The notes: generated by a model from the letters alone, not told the origin. A stretch of DNA of 64,000 nt from the human T2T-CHM13v2.0 reference genome, Homo sapiens (GCF_009914755.1 NC_060948.1), one strand, 5' to 3'. Positions 1-19,104 are shown, counted from the first letter of the stretch. Numbers and translations: made by a program.

Positions 1-32
1 GCTTTTTCCCTGTTTTTTTGTGTGTGTTTCAG

Positions 33-162
33 CTTTCTATCGAAACACAGAGCTGTCCAGCGACTACCTGACCACGGTCAGCCCGACGTCACAATGCAGC
101 ATGCTGAAGTACATGGGCAGGACCAGCTACCGGTGCTGGGGCCACCTGGCAGACGCCGTGAG
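33..162 (+). CDS. ASMT: ASMT internal coding exon (exon 3), 130 bp
   Basis: tttcAG acceptor (31-32) and AG|GTGGGG donor. Encodes (A)FYRNTELSSDYLTTVSPTSQCSMLKYMGRTSYRCWGHLADAV(R), which I recognise as human ASMT. Upstream exons lie outside the window. Confidence 0.97.
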
Positions 163-740
163 GTGGGGGCTGCCCCCAGGCAGATGCTGGGAGGTGGTGG
201 CTGCACCCAGGCAGATGCTGGGAGGTGGGGGCTGCCCCCAGGCAGATGCTGGGAGGTGGTGGCTGACCCCAGGCAGATGCTGGGAGGTGGGGGCTGACCC
301 CAGGCAGATGCTGGGAGGTGGGGGCTGCACCCAGGCAGATGCTGGGAGGTGGGGGCTGCCCCCAGGCAGATGCTGGGAGGTGGTGGCTGCACCCAGGCAG
401 ATGCTGGGAGGTGGGGGCTGCCCCCAGGCAGATGCTGGGAGGTGGTGGCTGCACCCAGGCAGATGCTGGGAGGTGGGGGCTGCCCCCAGGCAGATGCTGG
501 GAGGTGGTGGCTGACCCCAGGCAGATGCTGGGAGGTGGGGGCTGACCCCAGGCAGATGCTGGGAGGTGGGGGCTGCACCCAGGCAGATGCTGGGAGGTGG
601 GGGCTGCACCCAGGCAGATGCTGGGAGGTGGGGGCTGACCCCAGGCAGATGCTGGGAGGTGGGCGCTGCACCCAGGCAGATGCTGGGAGGTGGGGGCTGA
701 CCCCAGGCAGATGCTGGGAGGTGGGGGCTGCATCCAGGCA
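161..740 (+). repeat. 31-bp minisatellite in ASMT intron 3 (~18.7 copies)
   Basis: Unit AGGTGG(G/T)GGCTG(CC/CA/AC)CCCAGGCAGATGCTGGG with an exact 31-bp period (starts 161, 192 ... 719). Confidence 0.97.
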
Positions 741-777
741 GTGACCAAGTCTCAGGACTACCGCCAGGGGCTGGTGA

Positions 778-1224
<447 letters not shown>

Positions 1225-1549
1225 TCAGAAAGAAGGAAACAGAAAGAGAGAGAGAGGGGAGAAGGAAGGAAGGAAGGAAGGGAGGGAGGGAGGGAGGGAG
1301 GGAAAGGGGGGGAGGGAGGGAGGGAGGGAAAGAAGGGAAATAATGGAAAGTAAGAGAAAGAAAGAGAAGGAAGGAAAGAAAGAGAGAGAGAGAGAGAAGA
1401 CCTGGACTCAATAGAAAGGAGTGTCTGGGTGGCCGGACGCAGTAGCCCATGCCGGTAATCCCAGCACTTTGGGAGGCTGAGGCGGGCGGATCACGAGGTC
1501 AGGAGATCGAGACCATCCTGGCTAACACGGTGAAACCCCGTCTCTATTA

Positions 1550-2480
<931 letters not shown>

Positions 2481-2577
2481 GGTTTAAACAATTAAGCAAC
2501 AGCTGGCCAGGCGCGGTGGCTCACGCCTGTAATCCCAGCACTTTGAGAGGCCGAGGTGGGTGGATCACCTGAGGTCA

Positions 2578-3428
<851 letters not shown>

Positions 3429-3452
3429 TCAGCCTTCTCTCTCTTTTCTTAG

Positions 3453-3521
3453 AGAAGGAAGGAACCAGTACCTGGAGACGTTTGGCGTTCCCGCTGAAGA
3501 GCTTTTTACGGCCATCTACAG
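3453..3521 (+). CDS. ASMT: ASMT coding exon 4, 69 bp
   Basis: ctcttttcttAG acceptor, CAG|GTAACA donor. Encodes (R)[22 protein letters not shown](R), in frame with both neighbours. Confidence 0.96.
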
Positions 3522-3769
3522 GTAACACCCATCACTTTGAAACCAACAACTCAGATAAGATTCTGTTTATTTTTAAAGGACTTAGGAAACCCAATCCATT
3601 TACTCAAATGGCACAACCCAGGAGGAAGCTGCCATTTAATTTAAAATAACATCCCCTATCCCCACTACTACCCCAGATTTTGCTCGTCTGATGTTTAAAT
3701 TGATCAGATTCCTGAGGAGGTGCAACGTGACCCTTCCTTCGAAAGGACTACTCACAAACTCAGTGTTTA

Positions 3770-4206
<437 letters not shown>

Positions 4207-4324
4207 CTAGAATTCCCAGATGGAGGTGAATTGATGGGCCCGTCCAGTGTTCCAGCTGGCTGAGGCATGGAGTAGGGAAGGGTATGAAGGACAAGGGGAT
4301 GCCTGAGTGGTTCGCCTGCCCCCC

Positions 4325-4835
4325 AACCTCTCCTCTCCTCCCCTGCTCTCCCCTCCCCTCTCTTCTCCTTCTGTCCTGTTCCCTCTCTTTTCCTCTTCCA
4401 TCCTCCTCTCTTTCTCTCCTTTTCCTTCTCTTCTCTTCTCTCCTCTCTTTTCCTCTCCATCTTCCCCCTCCTCTCTCCCATCTTCCCTCTCTTGTCTCCT
4501 CTCTCTTCTTCCCTCTCTCCTTTCCTCTCGTCTCCCTTCCCCTCCCTTCACCTGCCTCTCTCCTTCTCCTCTCCCGTCTTCTCCTTTCTCTCATCTTCTC
4601 TGTTTTCATGCCCCGTATTTCACCTCCTTTTCTCCTCCTCTCTTCTCCTCGGTCTGCTTTCCTTTCCCCCGTTTCTCTCTTTCTTTCTCTCTCTCTCTCT
4701 TTCTTTCCTTCTTTCTTTCCTTCTTTCTCCTTCCTTCCTTCGTTCCTTCCTCTTTCCTTCTGCCTGCCTTCCTTCCTTCCCTCCCTCCCTCCTTTCTTTC
4801 TTTTTCTTTCTTCCTTCTTCCTTCTTTCCTTTCTT
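4325..4835 (+). repeat. Low-complexity polypyrimidine (C/T) tract followed by an old antisense L1 3' fragment (~4885-5012)
   Basis: Almost purely C/T composition. The adjoining sequence resembles an L1PB/L1MA 3' end in reverse. Confidence 0.85.
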
Positions 4836-5571
4836 TATATATATATATGTGTGTATACATGTGTATGTGTATGTGAATATATGTATCTGTTTAGGGGGCA
4901 CAAGTACCCATGTCTTCCATGCTTACATGTTGCACCTTGCAGCCTAGGCTTTTAGTGTGCCCATCACCTGAATAGTGACCGTGGTACCTAAGAGGCAATT
5001 TTTCAGCCCTCGCTACTCTGAGGCAAACCCCTACAGCAGGCTCTGCAGAGAGGACAGGAGGACAGAGGGAGCTGTGGGGGGGGAGGAGCAGGAAATGCTT
5101 CCAACACCAGAGCCCTGTCCGCCTCTGTGTCCACCTATCCTTCTTGGCTCCATCTCACCTGCCTCCCTTCCTAGTTCCTGCCTTTTCTCTAGCCTCTTCC
5201 CCAGGATGTGTGGACCTCCCACCCGCTTCCTGGATTTGTCCTCTGGGGCTGAGCTCTGTGGATGGGGGAACGTATTATTGACTTTCCTCTTAGAAAACAT
5301 CTAAACTCCTCTTCAGATAGAAATCCCTTCCCATCCAGAGAACAATCGTCCGTTCTGAATCAACTCCAGGTTTCCCGGAGCTGGGTACACTTTGCTGGCT
5401 GACCTATGGTTCCCCCATCCCGAATGACTTCCTGTTCCATTTCACAAATGCAAGCCTTCCAGGTGCACCTGTGGGGTATAGCTCCGTTCTCAACAGGGGG
5501 TTATGTACACCCTTGCTCTGGGCACGTCCCCAGATCCTCACCATCTTGACAAGCGTGGTTTTGCATGCCAG

Positions 5572-5690
5572 GTCCGAGGGCGAGCGGCTACAGTTCATGC
5601 AAGCTCTGCAGGAGGTCTGGAGCGTCAACGGGAGAAGCGTGCTGACCGCCTTTGACCTGTCAGTGTTCCCACTTATGTGTGACCTTGGTG
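5572..5690 (+). CDS. ASMT: ASMT coding exon 5, 119 bp
   Basis: gccAG acceptor, GTG|GTAAGT donor. Encodes SEGERLQFMQALQEVWSVNGRSVLTAFDLSVFPLMCDLG(G), the start of SAM-binding motif I. Confidence 0.97.
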
Positions 5691-5782
5691 GTAAGTACCC
5701 CTCACCACTAATACCTCGGAGGTGTGGCTTCTGTTCTGTATGGGGAATGTGTTATTCATGTCTTTTATTTTCTGCATTCTGA

Positions 5783-6236
<454 letters not shown>

Positions 6237-6287
6237 TAATAGAGACGGGGTTTTGCCATGTTGGCCAGGCTGGTCTCGAACTCCTGA

Positions 6288-6467
<180 letters not shown>

Positions 6468-6616
6468 TAGCTCATTTAAAAACTTTTCTGTAGAGCCTGA
6501 GTCTCTCTACGTTGCCCTGGCTGGTCTCAGACTCCTGGGCTCATGCAATCCTGCTGCCTCAGCCTCCAAAAGTGCTGGGATTACAGGCGCCCGCCACCAC
6601 ACCCAGGCTGAGCTGA

Positions 6617-6901
<285 letters not shown>

Positions 6902-7637
6902 TGATCCACCCGCCTCCGCCTCCCAAAGTGCCAGGATTGCAGGCATGAGCCACTGCGCCGAGCTCATTTTCAAACTTTTTTGTAGAGAACGAGTCTCCCT
7001 ATGTTGCCCTGGCTGGTCTCAGACTCCAGTTTCATGCAGTCCTCCTGCCTCGGCCTCCCAGAGTGAGTGATGGGATTACAGGCATGAGCCACTGCACCCA
7101 GGCTGAGCTTGCTTTTTGAATACAAATCCCCAACCCCGAGCTCACCCCTTAAGCACCTCCTCTACCCCATAGGGCTGTCACACTCCAGGCCGTGATCCAC
7201 CCACCCTATCTCCCTCCTGTGACTCAGTGGATCACTCAGAACAGCTCCTGGCTGGTAGAAGGCCCTTTGCAGAGTGAGGAGCTTCTCCAAGTTTATTACT
7301 TTTAGTCACTGTGAGCAGGGATAGATAGAGTTCAGGATCCCCCTGCCTGGGGAGCAGCTTGGGAAGAAAATAATGAACAAGCAGACCGGGCGCGGTGGCT
7401 CACTCCTGTAATCCCAGCACTTTGGGAGGCCGAGGCGGGTGGATCTCCTGAGGTCAGGAGTTCGAGATCAGCCTGGTCAACATGGTGAAATCCCGTCTCT
7501 ACTAAAAATACAAAAAAAGGCTGGGTGCGGTGGCTCATGCCTGTAATCCCAGCACTTTGGGAGGCTGAGGCGGGCGGATCCCAAGGTCAGGAGTTTGAGA
7601 CCAGCCTGACCAACGGGGTGAAACCCGGTCTCTACTA

Positions 7638-7920
<283 letters not shown>

Positions 7921-8103
7921 TTATTACATCCTTCTCTTAGCTGTTGGCCGCCCTTGGCTGGACAGGTGCGCCGGCTTCAAGAACACACAGTTAAGTGCGT
8001 GGCCATATGGAAGTTTGGAGCTTGGGTCAGCCCAGCCAGAAAGACCACCTGAACTCAGGGGCCTGTAGACAATCACGTCACCGTCAAGATTAGACATGGT
8101 GGA

Positions 8104-8775
<672 letters not shown>

Positions 8776-8900
8776 GACCAGACATGGCGGAAGGACCCAA
8801 GTTCCTGGGTTGGACCCTTCATGAGTCCATGGTGTGTGGAGGGTGAGCGATGTCTCTCAGGTTCATCTCTGAGGGTCAAACGGGCTGTGTCCCCTTCCAG

Positions 8901-9041
8901 GTGGGGCTGGAGCTCTGGCTAAGGAATGCATGTCTCTGTACCCTGGATGTAAGATCACCGTTTTTGACATCCCAGAAGTGGTGTGGACGGCAAAGCAGCA
9001 CTTCTCATTCCAGGAGGAAGAACAGATTGACTTCCAGGAAG
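8901..9041 (+). CDS. ASMT: ASMT coding exon 7, 141 bp
   Basis: ccccttccAG acceptor, AAG|GTGTGT donor. Encodes (G)GAGALAKECMSLYPGCKITVFDIPEVVWTAKQHFSFQEEEQIDFQE(G) and completes the DLGGGAG motif. Length is divisible by 3, so it can be skipped in frame. Confidence 0.97.
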
Positions 9042-9128
9042 GTGTGTTTGTGTCCGTGGGGAAGCAGAGATGTGTCTCACGGCTTCTCCAGGGGGACTGG
9101 ATGTTTCTGGGAAATGAAGAAGATGTGA

Positions 9129-9517
<389 letters not shown>

Positions 9518-9841
9518 TAGCTGGGACTACAGGCACCCACCACCACACCTGGCTAATCTTTTATATTTTTAGTAGAGGTGGAGTTTCACTGTGTTAGCCA
9601 GGATGGTCTCGATCTCCTGACCGCGTGATCCGCCCACCTTGGCCTCCCAAAGTGCTGGGATTACAGGTGTGAACCATCACACCCGGCCTCTTTTTGTATT
9701 TTTAGTAGAGATGGGGTTTCACCGTGTTGACCAGGCTGGTCTCAAACTCCTGACCTCAGGAGATCCACCCGCCTCGGCCTCCCAAAGTGCTGGGATTACA
9801 GGCGTGAGCCACCGCACCCAGCCAGTCATATCATTTCTGCA

Positions 9842-11072
<1,231 letters not shown>

Positions 11073-11424
11073 TCTCCCAAGATTGGCACCTTATCATTTT
11101 GCGGGAAAACTATGACAAGACTTGAGCGTTTCACATCGCACACACATAAAGGGTCAGTCTTGCGTATTTACTTTAAATCTGGAGAACAGGTCTTGACTGT
11201 AGGTTCAGTTCAGCTCATCAGTTAGGAGCTGCTGACCGAATTCCCAGGGACTCCTGGAATCCACGGCTTTGGGTGATATCAGCAGCAGTGCTTTTGCAGG
11301 GGACATCAGAAAGAAAGAAAGAAAGAACATGGGCCGGGCACAGCAGCTCATGCCTGTAATCCCAGCACTTTGGGAGGCCGAGGCGGGCGGATCACCTCAG
11401 GTTGGGGGTTCGAGACCAGCCTCA

Positions 11425-11945
<521 letters not shown>

Positions 11946-12189
11946 TGATCTGCCCACCTCCGCCTCCCAAAGTGCTAGGATTACAGGCGTGAGCCACCGC
12001 GCCCGACCTCAGTATTTTCTTATCTTTCTCCTAAGCCTTTTTGTTTTCTGAGGCTAGGTCTGCAGGTGACTAGCCTGGAAGACCTGGGAAAGGCGTGACC
12101 CATCCAGGTGACCTTTTGTGCCCAGAATAGGTTTAGTCAAATGGGATTGGATTGCAGGCTGACCTCGGTGTGCCTGCCCTGTGTTCCAG

Positions 12190-12312
12190 GGGATTTCTTC
12201 AAAGACCCTCTTCCGGAAGCTGATCTGTACATCCTGGCCAGGGTCCTCCATGACTGGGCAGATGGAAAGTGCTCACACCTGCTGGAGAGGATCTACCACA
12301 CTTGCAAGCCAG
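12190..12312 (+). CDS. ASMT: ASMT coding exon 8, 123 bp
   Basis: gttccAG acceptor, CAG|GTAAGT donor. Encodes (G)DFFKDPLPEADLYILARVLHDWADGKCSHLLERIYHTCKP(G), with the GDFF and LHDW O-methyltransferase motifs. Confidence 0.97.
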
Positions 12313-12585
12313 GTAAGTTGTGGGGTTTGCATTTCAGCGTGTGCTTGTGACACGGGGCAGAATTGTACGAGTCACATTTAGAAGGCAGGCACTGAAATCA
12401 TCCCACAGGTAAGGGTAGACATCCTGCCCAATATGGCTTTCCTTTTAGATAACGACCTGAAATAAATAGGGTCCTAATTTCTATTCTATTGATAAAACCA
12501 CATAAAGATGGAAAAAGTGAAAGGTCCTCTGAAACTTCAGTGGCCTCACTTTGGTGAAATTCTTTCAGAATTAGGCTAGTATTTG

Positions 12586-14592
12586 TGTGTGTGATGAGGA
12601 CAGTGCCCCACTGACTTCTGAGGTCCACCCATCCTGATGGTTCATGAGGATGTGGGCACAGCCTCTGTGTATGATAGGGACAGTGTCCCAGTGTCCTGTG
12701 AGGTCCATCCATCCTGATGGCACATGAGGATGTGGGCACAGCCTCTGTGTGTGATGGGGACAGTGTCCCAGCTCTCCTGTGAGGTCCACCCATCCTGATG
12801 CTTCATGAGGACGTGGGCACAGCCTCTGTGTATGATGGGGACAGTGTCCCAGTGTCCTGTGAGGTCCATCCATCCTGATGGCACATGAGGATGTGGGCAC
12901 AGCCTCTGTGTGTGAGATAGGGACCATGTCCCAGCTCTCCTGTGAGGTCCACCCATCCTGATGATCCATGAGGATGTGGACACAGCCTCTGTGTGTGTGA
13001 TGGGGACAGTGTCCCAGTGTCCTGTGAGGTCCATCCCTCCTGATGGTTCATGAGGATGTGGGCACAGCCTCTGTGTGTGAGATAGGGACCATGTCCCAGC
13101 TCTCCTGTGAGGTCCACCCATCCTGATGATCCATGAGGATGTGGACACAGCCTCTGTGTGTGTGATGGGGACAGTGTCCCAGTGTCCTGTGAGGTCCACC
13201 TATCCTGATGGTCCATGAGGACGTGGACACAGCCGCTCTGTGTGTGATGGGGACAGTGTCCCAGCTCTCCTGTGAGGTCCATCCATCCTGATGGTTCATG
13301 AGGACGTGAGCACAGCCTCTGTGTGTGTGTTGGGGACAGTGTCCCAGTTCTCCTGTGAGGTCCACCCATCCTGATGGTTCATGAGGATGTGGGCACAGCC
13401 TCTGTGTGTGTGATGGGGACAGTGTCCCAGTGTCCTGTGAGGTCCACCCATCCTGGTGGTCCATGAGTACATGGACACAGCCTCTCTGTGTGAGATGGGG
13501 ACAGTGTCCCAGTTCTCCTGTGAGGTCCACCCATCCTGGTGGTCCATGAGTACATGGACACAGCCTCTCTGTGTGTGATAAGGACAGTGTTCCAGCTCTC
13601 CTGTGAGGTCCACCCATCTTGATGGTTCATGAGGACTTGGGCATGGCCTCTATGTGTGTGATGGGGACAGTGTCCCAGTGTCCTGTGAGGTCCACCCATC
13701 CTGATGGTCCATGAGGATGTGGGCACAACCTCTTTGTGTGTGATGGGGACAGTGTCCCAGTGTCTGTGAGGTCCACCCATCCGATGGTTCATGAGGACGT
13801 GGGCACAGCCTCTGTGTGTAATGGGGATAGCATCCCAGTGTCCTGTGAGGTCCATCCATCCTGATGGCCCATGAGGATGTGGGCACAGCCTCTGTGTGTG
13901 TGTGTGTGATGGGGACGGTGTCCCAGTTCTCCTGTGAGGTCCACCCATCCTGATGGTCCATGAGGACATGGGCACAGCCTCTCTGTGTGTGATAAGGACA
14001 GTGTTCCAGCTCTCCTGTGAGGTCCACCCATCTTGATGGTTCATGAGGACTTGGGCACAGCCTCTGTGTGTGTGATGGGGACAGTGTCCCAGTGTCCTGT
14101 GAGGTCCATACATCCTGATGGTCCATGAGGACATGGGCACAACCTCTGTGTGTATAATGGGGACAGTGTCCCAGTGTCCTGTGAGGTCCACCCATCCTGA
14201 TGGTTCATGAGGACGTGGGCTCAGCCTCTGTGTGTAATGAGGACAGTGTCCCAGTGTCCTGAGAGGTCCATCGATCCTGATGGCCCATGAGGATGTGGGC
14301 ACAGCCTCTGTGTGTGTGTGATGGGGACGGTGTCCCAGTTCTCCTGTGAGGTCCATCCATCCTGATGGTTCATGAGGACATGGGCACAGCCTCTATGTGT
14401 GTGATGGGGACAGTGTCCCAGCGTCCTGTGAGGTTCACCCATCCTGATGATCGATGAGGACGTGGGCACAGCCTCTGAGTGTGTGATGGGGACGGTGCCC
14501 TGACTGTCCTCTGAGGTCTGGCTGTCCTTATGGTTCACTGGGACTTTGGCACAGTCTGTCTGTGTGTTTGTGTGTGATGTGGACTGTGCCCC
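12586..14592 (+). repeat. ~79-86-bp minisatellite filling ASMT intron 8 (~25 copies)
   Basis: Unit (TG)nATGGGGACAGTGTCCCAG(TG/CTC/TTC)TCCTGTGAGGTCCACCCATCCTGATGGTTCATGAGGATGTGGGCACAGCCTC. Length variation comes from the internal TG run. Confidence 0.96.
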
Positions 14593-14603
14593 TCCCTTTC
14601 TAG

Positions 14604-14815
14604 GTGGTGGCATTCTGGTAATTGAAAGCCTCCTGGATGAAGACAGGCGAGGTCCTCTGCTCACGCAGCTCTACTCTCTGAACATGCTTGTGCAGACGGA
14701 AGGGCAGGAGAGGACCCCCACCCACTACCACATGCTCCTCTCTTCTGCTGGCTTCAGAGACTTCCAGTTTAAGAAAACAGGAGCCATTTATGATGCCATT
14801 TTAGCCAGGAAATAA
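14604..14815 (+). CDS. ASMT: ASMT terminal coding exon 9 (CDS part, 212 bp including TAA)
   Basis: ctccctttctAG acceptor. Encodes (G)GGILVIESLLDEDRRGPLLTQLYSLNMLVQTEGQERTPTHYHMLLSSAGFRDFQFKKTGAIYDAILARK*, stop TAA at 14813-14815. Confidence 0.97.
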
Positions 14816-14862
14816 CTGTTTCTTGTGACCTGGAACTAACGTCAAAGCACACAAGACATAAT

Positions 14863-14905
14863 AATAAAGACATGTACCTCCAGTGGCTTCTTGTTCTTGG
14901 TGTTC
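14863..14905 (+). terminator. ASMT: ASMT polyadenylation signal with downstream GU/U-rich element
   Basis: AATAAA at 14863-14868, 47 nt after the stop, followed by cttcttgttcttggtgtt at ~14887-14904. Confidence 0.85.
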
Positions 14906-15616
14906 ACATGATAAGTGACTGGAGGCTTCTGTGGACAGGGTTGGACTGCTTCTACTTTGTAGATTATTTCCCAGGCTTTACTGAGGACCACGCTGATGGG
15001 GGTGTGAGCTCAGCTTTGATATTGACTGTAAGCAAAGTTTTGGTCCTCTTCATGCTGTAAAGTGGGACTCCAGTGTTCACCTTGAGGGGTGTCTGTTAGA
15101 AGCTTCACCCTGAACAGAACTTTGGCACCAGTGATGGATGTAGCAACTATAGGTGTCTATGAAATATGAGGTTCTCCTTTCAGGCTGCCTTGCACAGCTC
15201 TGTGACTTATTAGTGATGCCATTTCAACCGTGAGAAAGGTGAGGCTTTCTGTCTCTCTCTCTCTGCCTCAGACAGTCCCATCTGTCTCTCCTGTATGGAT
15301 CTGTACTCAAATCTCTTCATGTAGCCACCATGAGAGTGCGGGCATTTGCCGCCAGATTAGATCACGCCACATCTGTGGATACAGAGAAATCAGCAGATGC
15401 TACAGAAGAGGAAAATATTTCCCTCCTACCAATCTCATACCCATTTCTCCCTGGACCTCTTCCGCGATGTCAACAAGGTTTTCTACTTCTTGTTTTCCTC
15501 TAGTGTACATTTTAGATTATTTTGGTACTTTCTTTACTCTCAGTCTAAACATTGTTTTTTTCAACTAAAAAGATGAGAAAACAAAACAAAATGGAATAAT
15601 CGTCAAAGCAAGTTGT

Positions 15617-16019
15617 TGTGGGTTGAATTCTGTTCCCCAAAAGATATGTCCAGGCTGTGGCCCCTGGAACCTGTGAATGGTATCTTATTTAGAAGTAAGA
15701 TCTTTGCTGATGAAATCAAGTTCAGATGAGGTCATTAGGATGAGCGCTAAATCCAATATGACTGATGTGCTTATAAGAAAACAAGAGACACAGAAACGCA
15801 CAGAAGAGAGGGGAGAATGCCACATGAGGACACAGACACAGGTGAGAAGGCCACATGGAGACAGAGGCAGAGACTAGAGTGATGCGGCCACAAGCCCAGG
15901 GACACCTGGAGCCCCCAGGAACTGGGAGAGGCAGGAAGAGTCCTCCCCTAGAGCCTCTGGAGGGAATGTAGCTCTGCAACATCTTGATCTCAGAATTCTA
16001 GTTTGCAGCACTGGGCAAG

Positions 16020-16067
<48 letters not shown>

Positions 16068-16275
16068 TTGAGATGGAGTCTTGCTCTGTTGCCCAGGCTG
16101 GAGTGCAGTGGCATGATCTCGGCTCGCTGCAAGCGCCACCTCCCAGGTTCACGCCATTCTGCCTCAGCCTCCTGAGTAGCTGGGACTACAGGCGCCCGCC
16201 ACCACACCCAGCTAATTTTTTGTATTTTTAGTAAAGACACGGTTTCACCATGTTAGGTGGTCCTAACAAACTCAT
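15617..16275 (+). mobile_element. MLT1(C-like) MaLR LTR, interrupted by an Alu with a (TTA)n tail
   Basis: TGTGGGTTGAATT...CCCCAAAAGATATGTCC start; gaaggccacatggagacagaggcagagactagagtgatgcggccacaagcc core. Confidence 0.8.
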
Positions 16276-16777
16276 CTACAAGAAAGGTAAGGAATGGTGT
16301 GCACATTTCAAATTTTAAGTTTGAAAAAGCACAAGAGAATCTGCTTCTTTTTGCAATGTCTAATCTGTTTAAAAGGCATCTTTCACAGAGAGTGTGATTT
16401 GGGAATATTTGCAGAGTTGCATGACACCTTTTAAAATTAGATTAAACAGGAAGAAAAGAGACTCAGGGACATCTTAATTCTCTGTTGAGGAGTTCTCATA
16501 AACTAAACGGTCTAATTTCAAAATGTTCAAGCTGAAGTTTGGAAATGAACTCTTTCGAAAAACATGCTTATGTCAGTTGCTGGGAGTTGCAGCTGGTGGT
16601 CATCCCCGAGAACATGCATTCACCACAAGTCCATGGAGGCCTTATTCATGCCAAGAGTAGTGGAGTCCAGTCCCTCAGAGTGCCCTGTGTGCCCTGCTGC
16701 AAATAGGACCTTTTCCTGGGTATTCAGTGATGCACAGGCAACTAATTATAGGGGAACGCTTATTTAATAAGGAATGA

Positions 16778-16964
<187 letters not shown>

Positions 16965-19104
16965 TAGAGACAGGATCTTGCTATGTTGCCCGGGCTGTTC
17001 TCAAACTCCTGGTCTCAAGTGAGTCTCCTGCCTCAGCCTCCCAAAATGCTGGAATTACTGGCATGAGTCACTGCACCTGGCCTATTTGATCTTTCTAATT
17101 CTTGCCCCATCAATGCCCTGTCAAATTTTCTTCACCCAAGTAACAGAACTTTATTAATTACCATAATTATCTGATCGAATGGAGTTCCCAAGCCCCATCA
17201 GGTTTTTTTTGTTTTTTTTTTTTGAGACAGAATCTCGCTCTGTCACCCAGGCTGGAGTGCAGTGGCATGATCTCGGGTCACTGCAAGCTCCACCTTCGGG
17301 TTCATGCCATTCTCCTGCCTCAGCCTCCCAAGTAGCTGGGACTACAGGTGCCCACCACCACGCCTGGCTAATTTTTTTGTATTTTTAGTAGAGACAGGGT
17401 TTCATTGTGGTCTCGATCTCCTGACCTCATGATCTGCCCACCTCAGCCTCCCAAAGTGCTGGGATTACAGGCGTGAGCCACTGCACCCGGCCCCAAGCCC
17501 CTATCAGCTTTAAAGAAAACTTCAGTTTTTAAAACTAAGATCCTGACTTTCCTGCATGGTGAGTGCTGAGACATTCCTCCCTGATGGCTGCTCCATGGAG
17601 GAAGGGCTAGGGTCTGACTTGGGAACTGCCTCCCCTTCTGGGCAGAGAGGAGGACCAGAGCAGGCAGGGTCTTCCATCCCTACTGAAGGGGTTGGAGGTG
17701 GGCAATGGTCTCTGTCCAGGCTGACCCTTTTGATGCTGGAGCCTGGCTGGTTTTCCAAGTCCCCATCCATGTGGTAGACATGGCTATGGTGGGCATTGTT
17801 CATTGCCATCCTGTCTTCCTTTGTATTCAGAGATCCTCTTAGAGACAGCCAAGGAGTCTCCATTAGAATTTCTGGGGTGGGCATCCCTTGTGCTTGGCTG
17901 GGAGCCACCTCATCAGCACCACTGTCCTGCCTCTCCATTCACCATGAGAACCTCATGGGCTCCTCTTCCAAGTTCAGGAGCCAGGGGGTTCTAGAAGGTG
18001 CCCATTATACCATCACTCCCCCATTGGACCCTCTTTGCCCCAGGTCAAGTAGGCACAGGGAGTTTTCTTCCTAACCAGAAACTTAGCAGAGAAAGACAGC
18101 TCCTCTTGTCTTCTTGCAGGCTCCCCTCAATCTTTATGAGTGGTTTTCTGGGATTTCTTTCTCTTGTCTGGGAGGAGACCCCAGCTTCTCTTTCCTGAGG
18201 CAGAGCATTCAGACAGATGCTAATTCCTTCCCACCCACCCAAAGTTCTTTGTCACTTATGCCACTGGGCTGGGGTTACTGGGAGTGGGAAGGTGTATATA
18301 TTTGGGATTTTTTTCCCCTTTTGTCCTTAAATTCCAAGTCCTGGTGAGTTAATCGAGGACATAATGTACCAAAATCTATTTTTTCCTCCTATTTCTTCCT
18401 CTCCTTCCTTCCTCCCTTCCTTCCTTCCTTCCCTCTTTCTTTCTCTCTCTCTTTCTTTCTTTCTTTCTTTTTTTTTTTTTTAACAGAGTCTCGCTGTCTC
18501 CCAAGCTGGAGTGCAGTGGTGCGATCTCGGCTCACTGCAAGCTCCGCCTCCCAGGTTCACGCCTTTCTCCTGTCTCAGCCTCCTGAGTAGCTGGGACTAC
18601 AGGCACCTGCCACCATGCCCGGCTAATTTTTTGCATTTTTAGTAGAGACGGGGTTTCACCATGTTAGCCAGGATGGTCTCAATCTCCTGACCTCGTGATC
18701 CACCTGCCTCAGCCTCCCAAAGTGCTGGTAATACAGGCATGAGCCATCACGCCCAGATTCACTCTTTCTTTCTTTCTTTTTCTTTCTTTCTTTCTCTTTC
18801 TTCTTTCTTTCTTTCTTCTTTCTTCTCTCTTTTGTTCTCTCCTTTCTTTCCTTGTTTCTCTTTCCCCCTTTACCTCTTTCTTCTTTTTCTTCCTTTCTTC
18901 CCTTTCATTTCTCTCTTTCTTTCTTTCTTTCTTCCTTTCTTTCCTTTCTTTCTTTTCTTCCTTTCTTTCTTTCCCCTTTCTGATTTTCTATCTATCTAAT
19001 GCTCTAAGTCGTAAAAAGAAGAAAAAACGTGAGCATTTGTCACTGCTTTTTCTTCTTGCAGACAGTTTCATTGGGTGGTTGTATTTGGCTGGGTAGTGAC
19101 CTGT

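Noticed and set aside
161-740. Equivalence to the 31-bp mouse PAR mo-2 minisatellite
   Set aside because: Only the unit length and PAR location coincide. I cannot show sequence similarity, and this array is only ~0.6 kb.
12398-14664. Overlapping minus-strand ORFs up to 325 aa
   Set aside because: Translations of the intron-8 minisatellite in all three frames.
15272-15568. Extra ASMT exon after the pyrimidine-rich acceptor at ~15271
   Set aside because: It lies downstream of the stop and poly(A) signal, with no clear donor or protein similarity.
17522-17938. 138-aa minus-strand ORF in apparently unique DNA
   Set aside because: No recognisable domain, no supporting exon structure or poly(A) tail. 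It may be old degraded repeat sequence.
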